This document shows positions 10,791 to 21,113 of a stretch of DNA of 64,000 nucleotides, piece after piece. The stretch is from Histomonas meleagridis 2922-C6/04-290x (taxonomy: Eukaryota > Protista > Parabasalia), in the NCBI GenBank assembly GCA_020184695.1, contig JAANOX010000268.1:62001-126000 (forward strand), read 5' to 3'. The position numbers were made by a program, and so were the translations under genes. The notes under the pieces are model-generated. The model searched no databases. It was not told the DNA's origin and saw nothing but the letters and a program-made list of their open reading frames with translations. Within the stretch, counting starts at the first letter, position 1. Every line of letters begins with the position of its first letter.

Positions 10791-12704
10791 ATGGAGTCGC
10801 TTATCCCAATCATTAATAAATTACAAGATGCCTTTAACACTGTTGGATCCGAAGTCATTGGCCTACCACAAATTGTTGTTGTAGGTAGTCAAAGTTCAGG
10901 AAAATCATCTGTTTTAGAATCTTTTGTTGGACGTGATTTCCTTCCGCGTGGATCAGGTATTGTTACACGCCGTCCATTAGTTCTTCAACTTGTTCATCTT
11001 AATGATCCAAATGCGCCAGAAGTAGCTGAATTTCTTCATATTCCAAACAAAAAATTCACTGATTTTAAGGAAATTCATGATGAAATTGTTAGGGAAACCG
11101 AGCGTGTTACAGGCAAAACTCGTAATGTCAGTTCACATCCAATTCGTCTTACTCTTTCATCACCAAATGTACTTAATTTAACACTTGTCGATCTTCCTGG
11201 TCTTGTTAAAGTAGCCACTCAAGGACAAGATCCTGCAATTGTCAAACAAATCCATGATATGGTCTTTAATTTCATCAAAGAAAAAAATTCACTTATTCTT
11301 GCCGTCACTCCAGCTAATCAAGATCTTGCCAACTCTGAATCACTCCGTATTGCACGTGAAGTAGATCCATATGGTGATCGTACAATTGGTGTTATTACCA
11401 AAATTGATCTTATGGACAAAGGAACCAATGCCCGTGACATTCTCCAAAACAAGATTTACTCATTAAAGCTTGGTTACATTGGTGTCGTTAACCGATCCCA
11501 AGCTGATATCGATTCCAATAAATCAATAGCCGCCGCTCGTAAAGCCGAGCATGACTTCTTTGAGAACTCCCGTGACTATTCAGACCTTGCAGATCGCTGT
11601 GGCAGCCAATATTTAGCACATTGTCTTAACAGCTTATTAATGGAGCACATCCGCAACTGTATGCCACAGCTCCGTCACAAAGTCCAAACGATGCTCATTG
11701 AGAAAGAAGCCGAGTTAGCCGGCTATGGTGAGAATCCTACCAGTTCTGTTGGCACGATGAATGCATTTGTCTTAGACGTCATCTCGAAGTACTTAGATAA
11801 CTACGAGGACTTATTAGAGGGCCATGCGGATGACAATGCTGACGACATCAAAGCAATACGCGCACGCGGCGGCGCCTTAATATCTCGCCGCTTCATGGAT
11901 TCATATAACAAAACCATCGATGCATTGCCGGGCCTTAAAGAGTACAACGAGTCGCAGCTGTTCTACTTGATGAAGAACCACGCCGGCCTCACAGTTCCAT
12001 TGTTCACTCCGCACAAAGCGTTGGACATGATCTTATTCCGCTGCATTGAGCAGTTACGTGCACCATCTCTTCGCTTAGTTGATGAAATTGTTTCGATCTT
12101 ATTCGACATTCATAGCGAAGTCAACTTTATGGAGTTATCACGCTTCAACATATTAGGCGACAGTATTCGTTCTGTTGTCGACGAGTGTATTCGTTCATGC
12201 GTTAACCCAACGAAAGATTACATTAACCAACTGATAGATAACGAGAAGAGTTTCATCAACACACAGCGCCCAGACTTTAGAGGTAACCAAGCAATCAACG
12301 CGCCGAAGGCAGAAGATGACCCGCGAAAGCGCCCGCTCCCAGAGAAGCCGGCGGTGCCCGATCCGGTCGGCGTGTGCTCATTGTACGGTGCGTCGAAGGA
12401 ATACAACAATAACCAGGCGAGGGAGATAAAGGACTTGGTGCAAATATCGTCGAAATACTTCGACTTGATAAGAGACCAAATTAAGGACTTGGTGCCGAAG
12501 ACAATCGTAAGGTTCTTGGTAAAGAAGTCGACGGATATGCTCAGGCCGAAGATGATCGAAAACATATTTAACACACCGAACTTGAAGGAGCTGCTGACGG
12601 AGGATTCATCAATAACAAGTAAAAGAATCGCGTGTCAGCAAATGGTCGCAGCATTACATAAGGCACAGAATATCTTGAACGAGGTCAGGATATTTAAGGC
12701 TTAA
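10791..12704 (+). CDS. Dynamin-related GTPase (Vps1/Drp-like)
   Basis: GSQSSGKSS, VTRRPL, DLPG, TKID; middle domain and C-terminal GED; no PH or PRD domain. Confidence 0.96.
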   Translation: MESLIPIINKLQDAFNTVGSEVIGLPQIVVVGSQSSGKSSVLESFVGRDFLPRGSGIVTRRPLVLQLVHLNDPNAPEVAEFLHIPNKKFTDFKEIHDEIVRETERVTGKTRNVSSHPIRLTLSSPNVLNLTLVDLPGLVKVATQGQDPAIVKQIHDMVFNFIKEKNSLILAVTPANQDLANSESLRIAREVDPYGDRTIGVITKIDLMDKGTNARDILQNKIYSLKLGYIGVVNRSQADIDSNKSIAAARKAEHDFFENSRDYSDLADRCGSQYLAHCLNSLLMEHIRNCMPQLRHKVQTMLIEKEAELAGYGENPTSSVGTMNAFVLDVISKYLDNYEDLLEGHADDNADDIKAIRARGGALISRRFMDSYNKTIDALPGLKEYNESQLFYLMKNHAGLTVPLFTPHKALDMILFRCIEQLRAPSLRLVDEIVSILFDIHSEVNFMELSRFNILGDSIRSVVDECIRSCVNPTKDYINQLIDNEKSFINTQRPDFRGNQAINAPKAEDDPRKRPLPEKPAVPDPVGVCSLYGASKEYNNNQAREIKDLVQISSKYFDLIRDQIKDLVPKTIVRFLVKKSTDMLRPKMIENIFNTPNLKELLTEDSSITSKRIACQQMVAALHKAQNILNEVRIFKA

Positions 12705-12939
12705 TAAATATCAAAAGTAAGAAAACATTTGAACATTTGTGAACAGGGAATTATAAAATGAAATTCGATGAATTTTACTGTGATAAGAAACTTTGCGTAC
12801 AATGCGCTTTCGTTAAAATGAATGCAATATTTGAAAACATCTCAAGAAAAAGATAAAAATATTGGAAATTTTACTAATCAATCACAAGATTCACTTAATA
12901 TAATAGAGCATATGATTGAACAAGATTGCTTTAAGTAAT

Positions 12940-13350
12940 GCAAAGTGTTCCGAAAGATATTAAATCAAAATACTTCGCACATTACAAAACTGAGTAAGAA
13001 AATAAAACCAAATATAAAGGATAAATTTATTAAAATATTTATAAAGAATTATGAAGAACTTTCAAAAAATGAGTTAACCCATTAAAAATATCAAAAATAA
13101 TTATAATGATGAAATAGAAAAACTTCAAGAAATATCATCACAAACATCTATTGATTTTAATCAAATCATTGAACCATCACTTTATGAAAGATGTTCATTT
13201 ATTAAAAAAGAAAATGTTTCATTAAATGATTATGCAGCATTTTTTGGATCAAGTAAATTTTTTGAATATTTGCTTATGAGTGGTGCAAATGTGAAAATAA
13301 AGCCAAACATGAAATTGAAGGTGGAAACATTAAAATTATTACTTTTCTTA
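12940..13350 (+). pseudogene. DUF3447/ankyrin-repeat gene relic
   Basis: NDEIEKLQEISSQTSIDFNQIIEPSLYERCSFIKKENVSLNDYAAFFGSSKFFEYLL, then frameshifted IEGGNIKIITFL; no start, upstream stops. Confidence 0.75.
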
Positions 13351-13825
13351 CTTTTATATTTGTTTTAATAATTTGTAACATTTCTTGAAATTGCCAAGAC
13401 ACACTCCATTGGTTCAATTACTTCTTGAAGAATGAGCATTTGAAAAATCCACTCAAGATAAAAAATAATTAAACCCAAAAAGATGTGATAAGGAAAATAA
13501 TCCAAATCTACTTATATTACAATATTGAAAGAAAATGAATAATAAATAAAATGTCTCTCTCTCAGTAAGTGAAATTAATAATTAATAATCACACTCAAAT
13601 TTTATCAAAATTCCTTAAATTTTTTCTTAATGAATTCATTATAATTATCCATTAATAACAATAATATCCATTTTTCTAGTGAAATGTAAAACAATTACGT
13701 GAATAAGCACTAAAATCGCATTCCCTATTCAACAAATTTGATCACAAAGACCACATTACATCCAAGCGCAATTTGTCTCACTCATTAAAACAATAGTTTA
13801 ATACATTTAATTACGGACGATTTAT

Positions 13826-15007
13826 TCAAACTATGCAATGTGTCAGTATTTCCCTCGTTGCCTTTTCGTCGATTGATCCTCTGAATCCGAATGGTTTTCC
13901 TCCCTGAGAGTCCATTACCATCTTCGTCACCTTTTCGACGTCGCCCTCTTTTACCTCTGCGCCTTCCCAGTCGGACACCTTCTCCGCTTGTCCGATGTCT
14001 TTGATGAACTTCCTGATGCCTGCGATGCATCCGCGCGCTTTCTCTTCTTCAGTTCCCTTACAGCCGAACACGAATTCGCCTGTCTTCGCTAAAATCGCCT
14101 TCCTCGGCTCGAACTGGTTCTCGAGTAAGAATGGAGTTACGATTGATAATGTTGCGCCGTGATCAATTCCATACTCAACAGTAAGTTGGTGACCGATTTG
14201 ATGGATTGCCCAACATGTTTCTTTGCCAAGGGCGAGTACATAGTTGAGCGCAAATGATGCAGCAATTATTAATCGTTCATGGAGTTCAATTGATGAGTTC
14301 TCTTTAACAACCTCTGGTCCAATGCCAACAAGTTCTTTGAAGACAGACATTAAGAAATGATCCATTAATGGATTTTCGGCAGGTGTAATTAATTGATCAA
14401 TGATATGACATGTTGCATCAAAGACACCGTTACGTAATTGACGGACTGGTAAGGTCATCGTGTAGAGTGGATCTAAAAGAGAGAACTTTGGATAGACAAA
14501 ATCAAATGAACGACCAAATTTGGCATTAATTGAACGACGGCTTACAACAAATCCATTGTTCCATTCACTGCCAGTGGCTGGAATGGTCATTACTGATGCT
14601 ACTGGATATGCTTCTGTCGGTTTAATTTCGCCTGTAATGATCTTCCATGGATCTTCTTTCTCATCAAGTTTGGCAGCTATAGAAAGGAACTTAGTTCCAT
14701 CAAGAACTGAGCCACCACCAACAGCAAGGATAAGGTCTGGCTTGAATTCTCTAGCAACTTTAGCGATTTCGACTAATCTATCATATTCTGGATTTGGTGG
14801 AATACCTCCTTCCCAACGAACCTCGCACTTAAGTTCAGCAAGTGCTTCAGTAACATCTTTTCTAGCTCCATTATGGTCGATAGATCCACCACCAAATGTG
14901 CAAAGGATTTTGCTATTTGGCTTAACAAACTTTGGCATGTGCTCCTTTACGCATCCTGTGCCGAAGGCAACTTGTGTAGTGTTGTTCCATAGCCAATGCT
15001 GAGACAT
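13826..15007 (-). CDS. Iron-containing alcohol dehydrogenase (YqhD/butanol dehydrogenase-like)
   Basis: GGGSVLDGTK, PATGSE, metal ligands D..H (DATCH), H (IGHQ), H (DHG); Inr at 15015-15020. Confidence 0.93.
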   Translation of the reverse strand: MSQHWLWNNTTQVAFGTGCVKEHMPKFVKPNSKILCTFGGGSIDHNGARKDVTEALAELKCEVRWEGGIPPNPEYDRLVEIAKVAREFKPDLILAVGGGSVLDGTKFLSIAAKLDEKEDPWKIITGEIKPTEAYPVASVMTIPATGSEWNNGFVVSRRSINAKFGRSFDFVYPKFSLLDPLYTMTLPVRQLRNGVFDATCHIIDQLITPAENPLMDHFLMSVFKELVGIGPEVVKENSSIELHERLIIAASFALNYVLALGKETCWAIHQIGHQLTVEYGIDHGATLSIVTPFLLENQFEPRKAILAKTGEFVFGCKGTEEEKARGCIAGIRKFIKDIGQAEKVSDWEGAEVKEGDVEKVTKMVMDSQGGKPFGFRGSIDEKATREILTHCIV

Positions 15008-15185
15008 TTCAAAAAAGTGAAGTTACGTCATACGATAAATTTCTGAAGAAAATTAATAACTTTACAAACGAACTGAAAATTTATCGTACGGACAAACGAT
15101 CAAATTCAATTCAAAAATTTAACATCAAAAAAATTAAAATTTTAAAATTTTATCAATGATAAAATGTTTATTAGAGGTTTATTTC

Positions 15186-17501
15186 TTAGTTATAATCGAA
15201 TCCTTGTTGCTTTAATTGTCTCTTGATTTCTCCTTTCGATTCTCTTGTAAATTCTTGCTGCCTGTCTTGGTTTAATGTTCCATGTACCTTTCTAACATAA
15301 GTTCTCTTCTTTGGTTGTTTGACAGCTGATTTTGTAGGTGCTGTAGTTTGTTTCGGTGCTTCAGCTGCTTTCTTTTGAGCTTGTGCAATGAGAAATGCTT
15401 CCATGTCGTCATCTTCTTCAGCAGCTTTCTTTCCGCCTCTTTTCTTTGGTTGTTGCTTCTTAGGTGGTGGTGGTGGAGGTGCAGCTACGACTGGTGGAGG
15501 TAAGGCGACTTCACCTTCATCCTCTTCTTCATCGTCATTCATAAGTGCATCAAATGCCGATTTGACAACGATAACTTCGACAGGTTTTTCGTTTGTGACT
15601 GGTTGAACAGAATGGAACGAACGCGGCGAAGAAGTGAATGCATCAAAGATTTCCTTAGGGAATGGTGAAAGAACTGCGGAGATAAATGGATCGAGTAACT
15701 CTTTTTCGACTTTGGCAATCTTTTCTTGGTCTTCGAAATATAACGAGAATTTTTCACCTGACATTTCACCAGCAGCGTCATAAATTGCGGCAAATATGTC
15801 GCCATCAAAGAAACGATGAGGCTTAGAGTTAGCTGACTTAATTCCAAGTAATTGCTGCATCCAAACAAGGTGCTGGACAACTGCCTGATACATTGCGGAT
15901 ACTTTAACTCGACGAAGTTTCGGTTTTAAGATTGGGCCATTAAATTTCGAGCCTAAGTTCAAACATAATATGACACATGTGACTGCTAATGAACGTAATT
16001 CGAACATATCTAATGGTGGTGCACCTACAACTTTAGCATCTTTAAGTGATTGTGGTGAATCTTCTTTGATCAAACTATTTGGAACTTGGTTGTTAGTGAA
16101 ACATTGTGATACTAAGAATCGTAATGCGTAGCCGCATGTTTGAATTGGCTCTTCGAGTTTGAGTAATGGATCATCTTTTGGCAATTTGAAGTCAGGTGGG
16201 AAGCTACAGTGTGCAATGTTATGGAATGTTGACTTAAGACGATTCACGCCACCTTTCTTCTTTTGAAGGCTTTGTAATGTTGCGTAATCTGGAAATCCTT
16301 CTTCAGATTTAACTTCTTGGGTGACAATACCATCGGACCTTGGGACGTGTTCTGTGACTGTGTCACGTTTAAGGATGCTATAGAATATCTTACGAAGTGG
16401 TAATGTGATGTTATCGGTTTTGATCGGATGTTCATAATCATCGATTACTGGATCATACCAAAAGTCTCCGCCTTCAGAGATGGATGGAGCCCAGTCTGGG
16501 ATTTCACCTTTGGCAGACTTTTCTGATAAATCAGATTTACCTTCATCTTCAAGTGGAGTGTCAAGATTGTAGAATGCTTCGGAATCAGTGATGGCTTTTT
16601 GGAATTGGGCATCAGATTGGATCATTTCTCTTGTTGGTGATGTTTGTTGGATGCTATCAAATTCTTCTCCATTAAGGAATGAAACTATTCCATATGTAAG
16701 GAAATCTTGGTACTTAGTGCTGGATTTGATGTGAAGAAGGTTTTGAATGTTGTACTTGTTGACAATAAAAGGTTCAGTATATACATTTCCTAAAAGAACT
16801 GATAATTGGAAAAGTTTATCGGGATCGTTGAGTTGGAGAAGTTTAGCAGCAATTTCGTTGTTTAAGAGTTCGAAAGCAAGCATTTTATCATCATTAAATG
16901 TGATCGAATCAATTGGAATGTAATTGATGTTCTTGAAAATGACATAATCACTGCTAAGGGCTACAACAGCATCAGCATTTCCATTAGCAACATATTTAGC
17001 TGCAAAACGTGTAACATTATTTCTTGTATATAAGACTTGAACTTTTTGTTGAACTGCTGTTTCGGCGATTTCAGTAATCATCATTGGTGGGAGAACTTCA
17101 AGAAGACCTTTTAATGATCCTGATTTTTCTAAGATATGCCTTAAACGTTGAACACGACGGAATTTGTCAAGTGCTCTCTTATCCCAACGTGCTTCGGCAA
17201 CATCCTTTGGAACGTTGGTTGGTGTACCATCAGCAAATGGGAAAACAAAAACGATTTCAATTCCTGCTGATTCCAATGTTGCAATAAACTCGATTGTCTT
17301 TTGGGAATAAAGCTTATAATTGCCACCGTTTGCGAAATCATATGCGTACTCACGACTTGAGGTAACTATGTGGTAAGCAAGGGAAACGCCATCAACGATA
17401 ACCTTTGGTGTTGCGCCTTTGTGGGGTAATTTGTCGGCTGTAATTTGGAGTGGATATTCAACTTGAGAATGATAAAGAGCAGCTGTGAGGCCACGTACCA
17501 T
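15186..17501 (-). CDS. PIN/XPG-N-like (Asteroid/FAM120-like) protein with acidic, Pro-rich and basic tail
   Basis: VIVDGVSLAY, IVFVFP, VVALSSDYVIF, LSVLLGNVY resemble the FAM120/Asteroid N-terminus; ATG 17501 (track start is a GTG). Confidence 0.55.
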   Translation of the reverse strand: MVRGLTAALYHSQVEYPLQITADKLPHKGATPKVIVDGVSLAYHIVTSSREYAYDFANGGNYKLYSQKTIEFIATLESAGIEIVFVFPFADGTPTNVPKDVAEARWDKRALDKFRRVQRLRHILEKSGSLKGLLEVLPPMMITEIAETAVQQKVQVLYTRNNVTRFAAKYVANGNADAVVALSSDYVIFKNINYIPIDSITFNDDKMLAFELLNNEIAAKLLQLNDPDKLFQLSVLLGNVYTEPFIVNKYNIQNLLHIKSSTKYQDFLTYGIVSFLNGEEFDSIQQTSPTREMIQSDAQFQKAITDSEAFYNLDTPLEDEGKSDLSEKSAKGEIPDWAPSISEGGDFWYDPVIDDYEHPIKTDNITLPLRKIFYSILKRDTVTEHVPRSDGIVTQEVKSEEGFPDYATLQSLQKKKGGVNRLKSTFHNIAHCSFPPDFKLPKDDPLLKLEEPIQTCGYALRFLVSQCFTNNQVPNSLIKEDSPQSLKDAKVVGAPPLDMFELRSLAVTCVILCLNLGSKFNGPILKPKLRRVKVSAMYQAVVQHLVWMQQLLGIKSANSKPHRFFDGDIFAAIYDAAGEMSGEKFSLYFEDQEKIAKVEKELLDPFISAVLSPFPKEIFDAFTSSPRSFHSVQPVTNEKPVEVIVVKSAFDALMNDDEEEDEGEVALPPPVVAAPPPPPPKKQQPKKRGGKKAAEEDDDMEAFLIAQAQKKAAEAPKQTTAPTKSAVKQPKKRTYVRKVHGTLNQDRQQEFTRESKGEIKRQLKQQGFDYN

Positions 17502-17511
17502 TTTCGAAAGT

Positions 17512-17519
17512 GTCACTTT
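17512..17519 (-). promoter_or_regulatory. M2-type motif AAAGTGAC
   Basis: On the coding strand just upstream of ATG 17501; second instance at 20937-20944 upstream of ATG 20906. Confidence 0.4.
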
Positions 17520-17806
17520 TCCCTTCTATGGCCATCAAACCGCTCAAAGTATTGAAATATTTTTTTAACGGTCGAAAATTTAAACAATTTTCTTCAAATC
17601 CGATGTTTCCATAATTGTTTCTGATTAAAATATTTTATTTGCTTCATGGGATCTAAGATGAATAGATATTACTGTATATTGATTATTTTTTGATTCAATT
17701 TCAAAATTACTTCTTGATCATGAATATAATAAAAATGACTTCTTATTTGTTCATTTAAAAAAAAAATTAAAATTCGTATTTCATGTTATTTATTCAACAA
17801 CATCAA

Positions 17807-18742
17807 TCAGTAAGTTGGGTCAGGTGCTTCTTGTGGTATTTCCTCAGCCTCCAAAGTCATGTTTTCATCGAACGCATGTGTCGGCACCAGCCACATAAAG
17901 AAGCAGTCCTTTCCGCAAACTTCTCTCATTGACTGGCAGAAGCTGTACTGCTGACCTCTTTCGTGTTTCCACTTTTGTATTTTCGTTGTGTTTGATTTCA
18001 AATCAATCAGATTTTGTATGAACACCCATATGAGGAGGGTGCCGAATGCGAACTCAAATGCAAACGAAAGAATGTTCAGAATGAAAATTCCAGATTTGAA
18101 CTCATGAAATTTAACAGTACCATATACATGCCATGCTAATAATACGATACAATAAAGGCCGCCCCATAACGCCATGAGCATAAACTGTTTGTGGTTTCGT
18201 TTGCCAACCCAGTTATTAATCCAGCCACAAATGTGATCTGCACGAATCACAAATCGACCACTACTTCGAGAAAATGAAGCAAATTTGGGTCGATTGTTAC
18301 ATGCATAGTCAACTTGTTCTTTTGTAATTGCAAGTCCTGATAATTGTTCTTCCCACGAATATGTATATTTTTGTGTTTGTATCCAATCATATGGAAGAAA
18401 GCCTGGATCACTACAGGAAGCACCAAAATATGCCCAAAAGAACATAATGAAACAGAATAAAATTGTAATCGTAGAAACAATTTGTAATGCGAGTGAAAGA
18501 TGTATAAAAACAACGGCTGCAAAAACACAAACTGGGAAAAGAGCTAAAACAACAACTATAAATTGCATGCAACATCCTAATTCTAAAAATCCCCAAAATA
18601 CTCTATTTTTTGGATCGTTTTTCAGCCTTAGACAAGGAGTTTTACAACAGCACTTACAGCTTACATACCATTCTGTCTTATTTGGAATTCCTTCTTCGGG
18701 TTGTAGATGAGTTTCATTTATTAAATTTTCATTTACGCTCAT
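17807..18742 (-). CDS. DHHC-family palmitoyltransferase, DHIC variant
   Basis: Four TM segments, SDPG, RADHICGWINNWVGKRNHKQF, NTT motif. Confidence 0.88.
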   Translation of the reverse strand: MSVNENLINETHLQPEEGIPNKTEWYVSCKCCCKTPCLRLKNDPKNRVFWGFLELGCCMQFIVVVLALFPVCVFAAVVFIHLSLALQIVSTITILFCFIMFFWAYFGASCSDPGFLPYDWIQTQKYTYSWEEQLSGLAITKEQVDYACNNRPKFASFSRSSGRFVIRADHICGWINNWVGKRNHKQFMLMALWGGLYCIVLLAWHVYGTVKFHEFKSGIFILNILSFAFEFAFGTLLIWVFIQNLIDLKSNTTKIQKWKHERGQQYSFCQSMREVCGKDCFFMWLVPTHAFDENMTLEAEEIPQEAPDPTY

Positions 18743-18877
18743 TTTGAATTAACGGCCACCGATCATTTCCCAAACGGTCGCCACTTACACTTTTCTTTCA
18801 TTGGAAATTTGATTTGGAATACACACAAACTTTAACCAGAAAACAAATTTTACATGATGTATATTTTATTGTATATT

Positions 18878-20191
18878 CTATAAAATGGTCATTTTAGGTA
18901 ATAGGAATTGCGCCATTTCGGCCAAATTATTTTCTTGTTTGGATGAAATGCGATCAATTATATCTAATACTCTTGAATCATTTATCAATTCGTCAATTGG
19001 TATTTGCATCTGTTGATCAAATTTCATTTTAATACTTATTAAACATTCCAAAATGTTTCCTTGCAATTCCATATTTGAGTCATCATCAATAAAATCGACC
19101 AAATTTTCCAGAGGAAATAATTTAAAACAATTTTCCAAAAAATTTAAATCATTTGCTAAATAAAAATGGCAAATGATTTCGATAATTTTTACTTGTACAC
19201 CATATTTATTTTTATCAATTACACTAATTAAATCACAAAATATAAAAGGAAAATTATAAAAAGGAGATAAATCTTTTGATAACAAAAAAAAGTCTAATGT
19301 AAAAAATAATAAACAATCATTATAATCTAATAAAGATGTTAAACATAAATGCAAAAATTCTAAAATTTTTTGATTTGCTGCAAATTCGTAACTTTGTAGA
19401 GATTTTGCAACAGTTATTAATAACTTAATGGTTTCAATGTTTCGAAGTGAGTCAGTTTGATCAAATTCACAATACAATGGGTATCGTTCAATTAAAAAAG
19501 TTGCTGCTTCGTTTGAAATTTCAATGATTTCACTCATCGCTGAAATTGACTCTGTAACTAAATAAGTGTTTTGCGTTGCTAAAATAATTGTATCCAATGT
19601 AAGAAGAAAATCTTTGGTATTAGGATCAAATGTGTTTGATGCTTTAAGTAATTTTGGATAGAAAAATAGAGCAGTGTTAAAAAATGGAGATTCTATTGAT
19701 AAAATGGATTGAAATTTATCAAAGGTAATTATTGATAAAACTACTGGAATAGAAGCAGGATTTTGACTCATGATGTTGTGAAGGATTTTAGTGGATTCGA
19801 TAATTGGAAAAAATTCCCAGATTATTTGAATTGATTCTGGTAACGAAAAAAAAAGTGTAATGTTTTCTTTACGAAATGTAATTAACTCTAAGGCAAGTTT
19901 TAGGGCTGAGGCATATATAAAATTAGAAAAATTATTTTTAATATTTAATACATCAAATAAAATTGAAAGTGCTCTAGAAGATACATTAAATACTTGATGT
20001 TCAGCAATGTAATTCAATCTTTCTAGGGAATTTATTATGTTTTCAGTTTTAAGTGTATGAAAAATCATTTCAATTTCATCATTTTCTAAAAAAATATAAA
20101 AATTTGTGTTAGGGTCTTGCTCTTTTTGTTGTTTAAAATTTTGAAGATATTTATTAATTTCAAGAAAACTTCTTTTCTCTTCTGATATCAT
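18878..20191 (-). CDS. Hypothetical ARM/HEAT-like helical protein
   Basis: 437-aa intact ORF with Leu/Ile-rich helical periodicity; no specific motif. Confidence 0.7.
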   Translation of the reverse strand: MISEEKRSFLEINKYLQNFKQQKEQDPNTNFYIFLENDEIEMIFHTLKTENIINSLERLNYIAEHQVFNVSSRALSILFDVLNIKNNFSNFIYASALKLALELITFRKENITLFFSLPESIQIIWEFFPIIESTKILHNIMSQNPASIPVVLSIITFDKFQSILSIESPFFNTALFFYPKLLKASNTFDPNTKDFLLTLDTIILATQNTYLVTESISAMSEIIEISNEAATFLIERYPLYCEFDQTDSLRNIETIKLLITVAKSLQSYEFAANQKILEFLHLCLTSLLDYNDCLLFFTLDFFLLSKDLSPFYNFPFIFCDLISVIDKNKYGVQVKIIEIICHFYLANDLNFLENCFKLFPLENLVDFIDDDSNMELQGNILECLISIKMKFDQQMQIPIDELINDSRVLDIIDRISSKQENNLAEMAQFLLPKMTIL

Positions 20192-20266
20192 TCTAAATTT
20201 TACATAGCTTTACTTATGGCATGTATTTTTTATATCGTATATAAATTAACTAAAAGATTTTCGAAA

Positions 20267-20339
20267 GTACCACTGGCCCAATGGATAAGGCGTGTGCCTA
20301 CGGAGCATGAGATTCCAGGTTCGAGTCCTGGGTGGTACA
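20267..20339 (+). tRNA. trnR-ACG: tRNA-Arg (anticodon ACG)
   Basis: Acceptor stem GTACCAC/GTGGTAC, D arm, anticodon loop CT-ACG-GA, T arm CCAGG-TTCGAGT-CCTGG; 73 nt, no intron, no encoded CCA. Confidence 0.95.
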
Positions 20340-20346
20340 TTTTTTT
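20340..20346 (+). terminator. Pol III oligo-T terminator
   Basis: T7 run immediately after the tRNA discriminator base. Confidence 0.75.
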
Positions 20347-20579
20347 ATTTTTTTATATTACCTCATTTCCTTAACGTTCGTTAAATATTAATTTTTCAAT
20401 TTTCAATGTTTTATATTTTATGAATAAAGTATTTAATTTCCATGAACAACAATCTCAAGCAAAAGGAATTCCATCTTTCATCTTATAAAACGATTTTTAG
20501 CACATGCACTAAAAAGAATAAAAAAGATTTCGGATAGGGATAGTTTTATTTCGTTTGAAATAGTTGGATAGTTTTATTT

Positions 20580-20906
20580 CTATATTTCCGTTGATACTGA
20601 ATGGCTTACGACGCTAGAAGAGATCTTTTGGAGCCAAAATGATATGTGTTTGGCTTCGCCAGGAATTGCTTGGAATAATGTGTGATCAATGAATCTAATA
20701 AGGATGAACACGAGCAATGCTATAAACAGGAAAAGGACCGAAGACAAAGTTTGCATAGTTATCAAAGGAAGCTTTTTAGATTCCTTCAATATGCTTTTAG
20801 GAACGACTTCATCATTAATTGTTTGCTTAATATCAGCCCATTGGATTTGATTTGCTTGGAAAACAATTGGTGCATCAGCAAATCTAACTCTTGTCTGAAG
20901 TTGCAT
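20580..20906 (-). CDS. Small single-TM hypothetical protein
   Basis: ATG 20906, hydrophobic LSSVLFLFIALLVFILI, M2 motif upstream. Confidence 0.6.
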   Translation of the reverse strand: MQLQTRVRFADAPIVFQANQIQWADIKQTINDEVVPKSILKESKKLPLITMQTLSSVLFLFIALLVFILIRFIDHTLFQAIPGEAKHISFWLQKISSSVVSHSVSTEI

Positions 20907-21113
20907 GTCCAACCTGTTTACAAATGACTTAAAAACGTCACTTTTTGATTAATTCAATTTTTCGGTGTGTGTATTGAATTGAATTGAGTTAAAAGGTTAT
21001 AATTTCTTACAACGGATGTTATACCGTTGAAAAATTGTGAGTGTGATTGTAATTTGAATGTTATCGGGATTTTGGCTTTTTATGGTCCGTTTAAATAGCA
21101 TCGGAATTACAAA

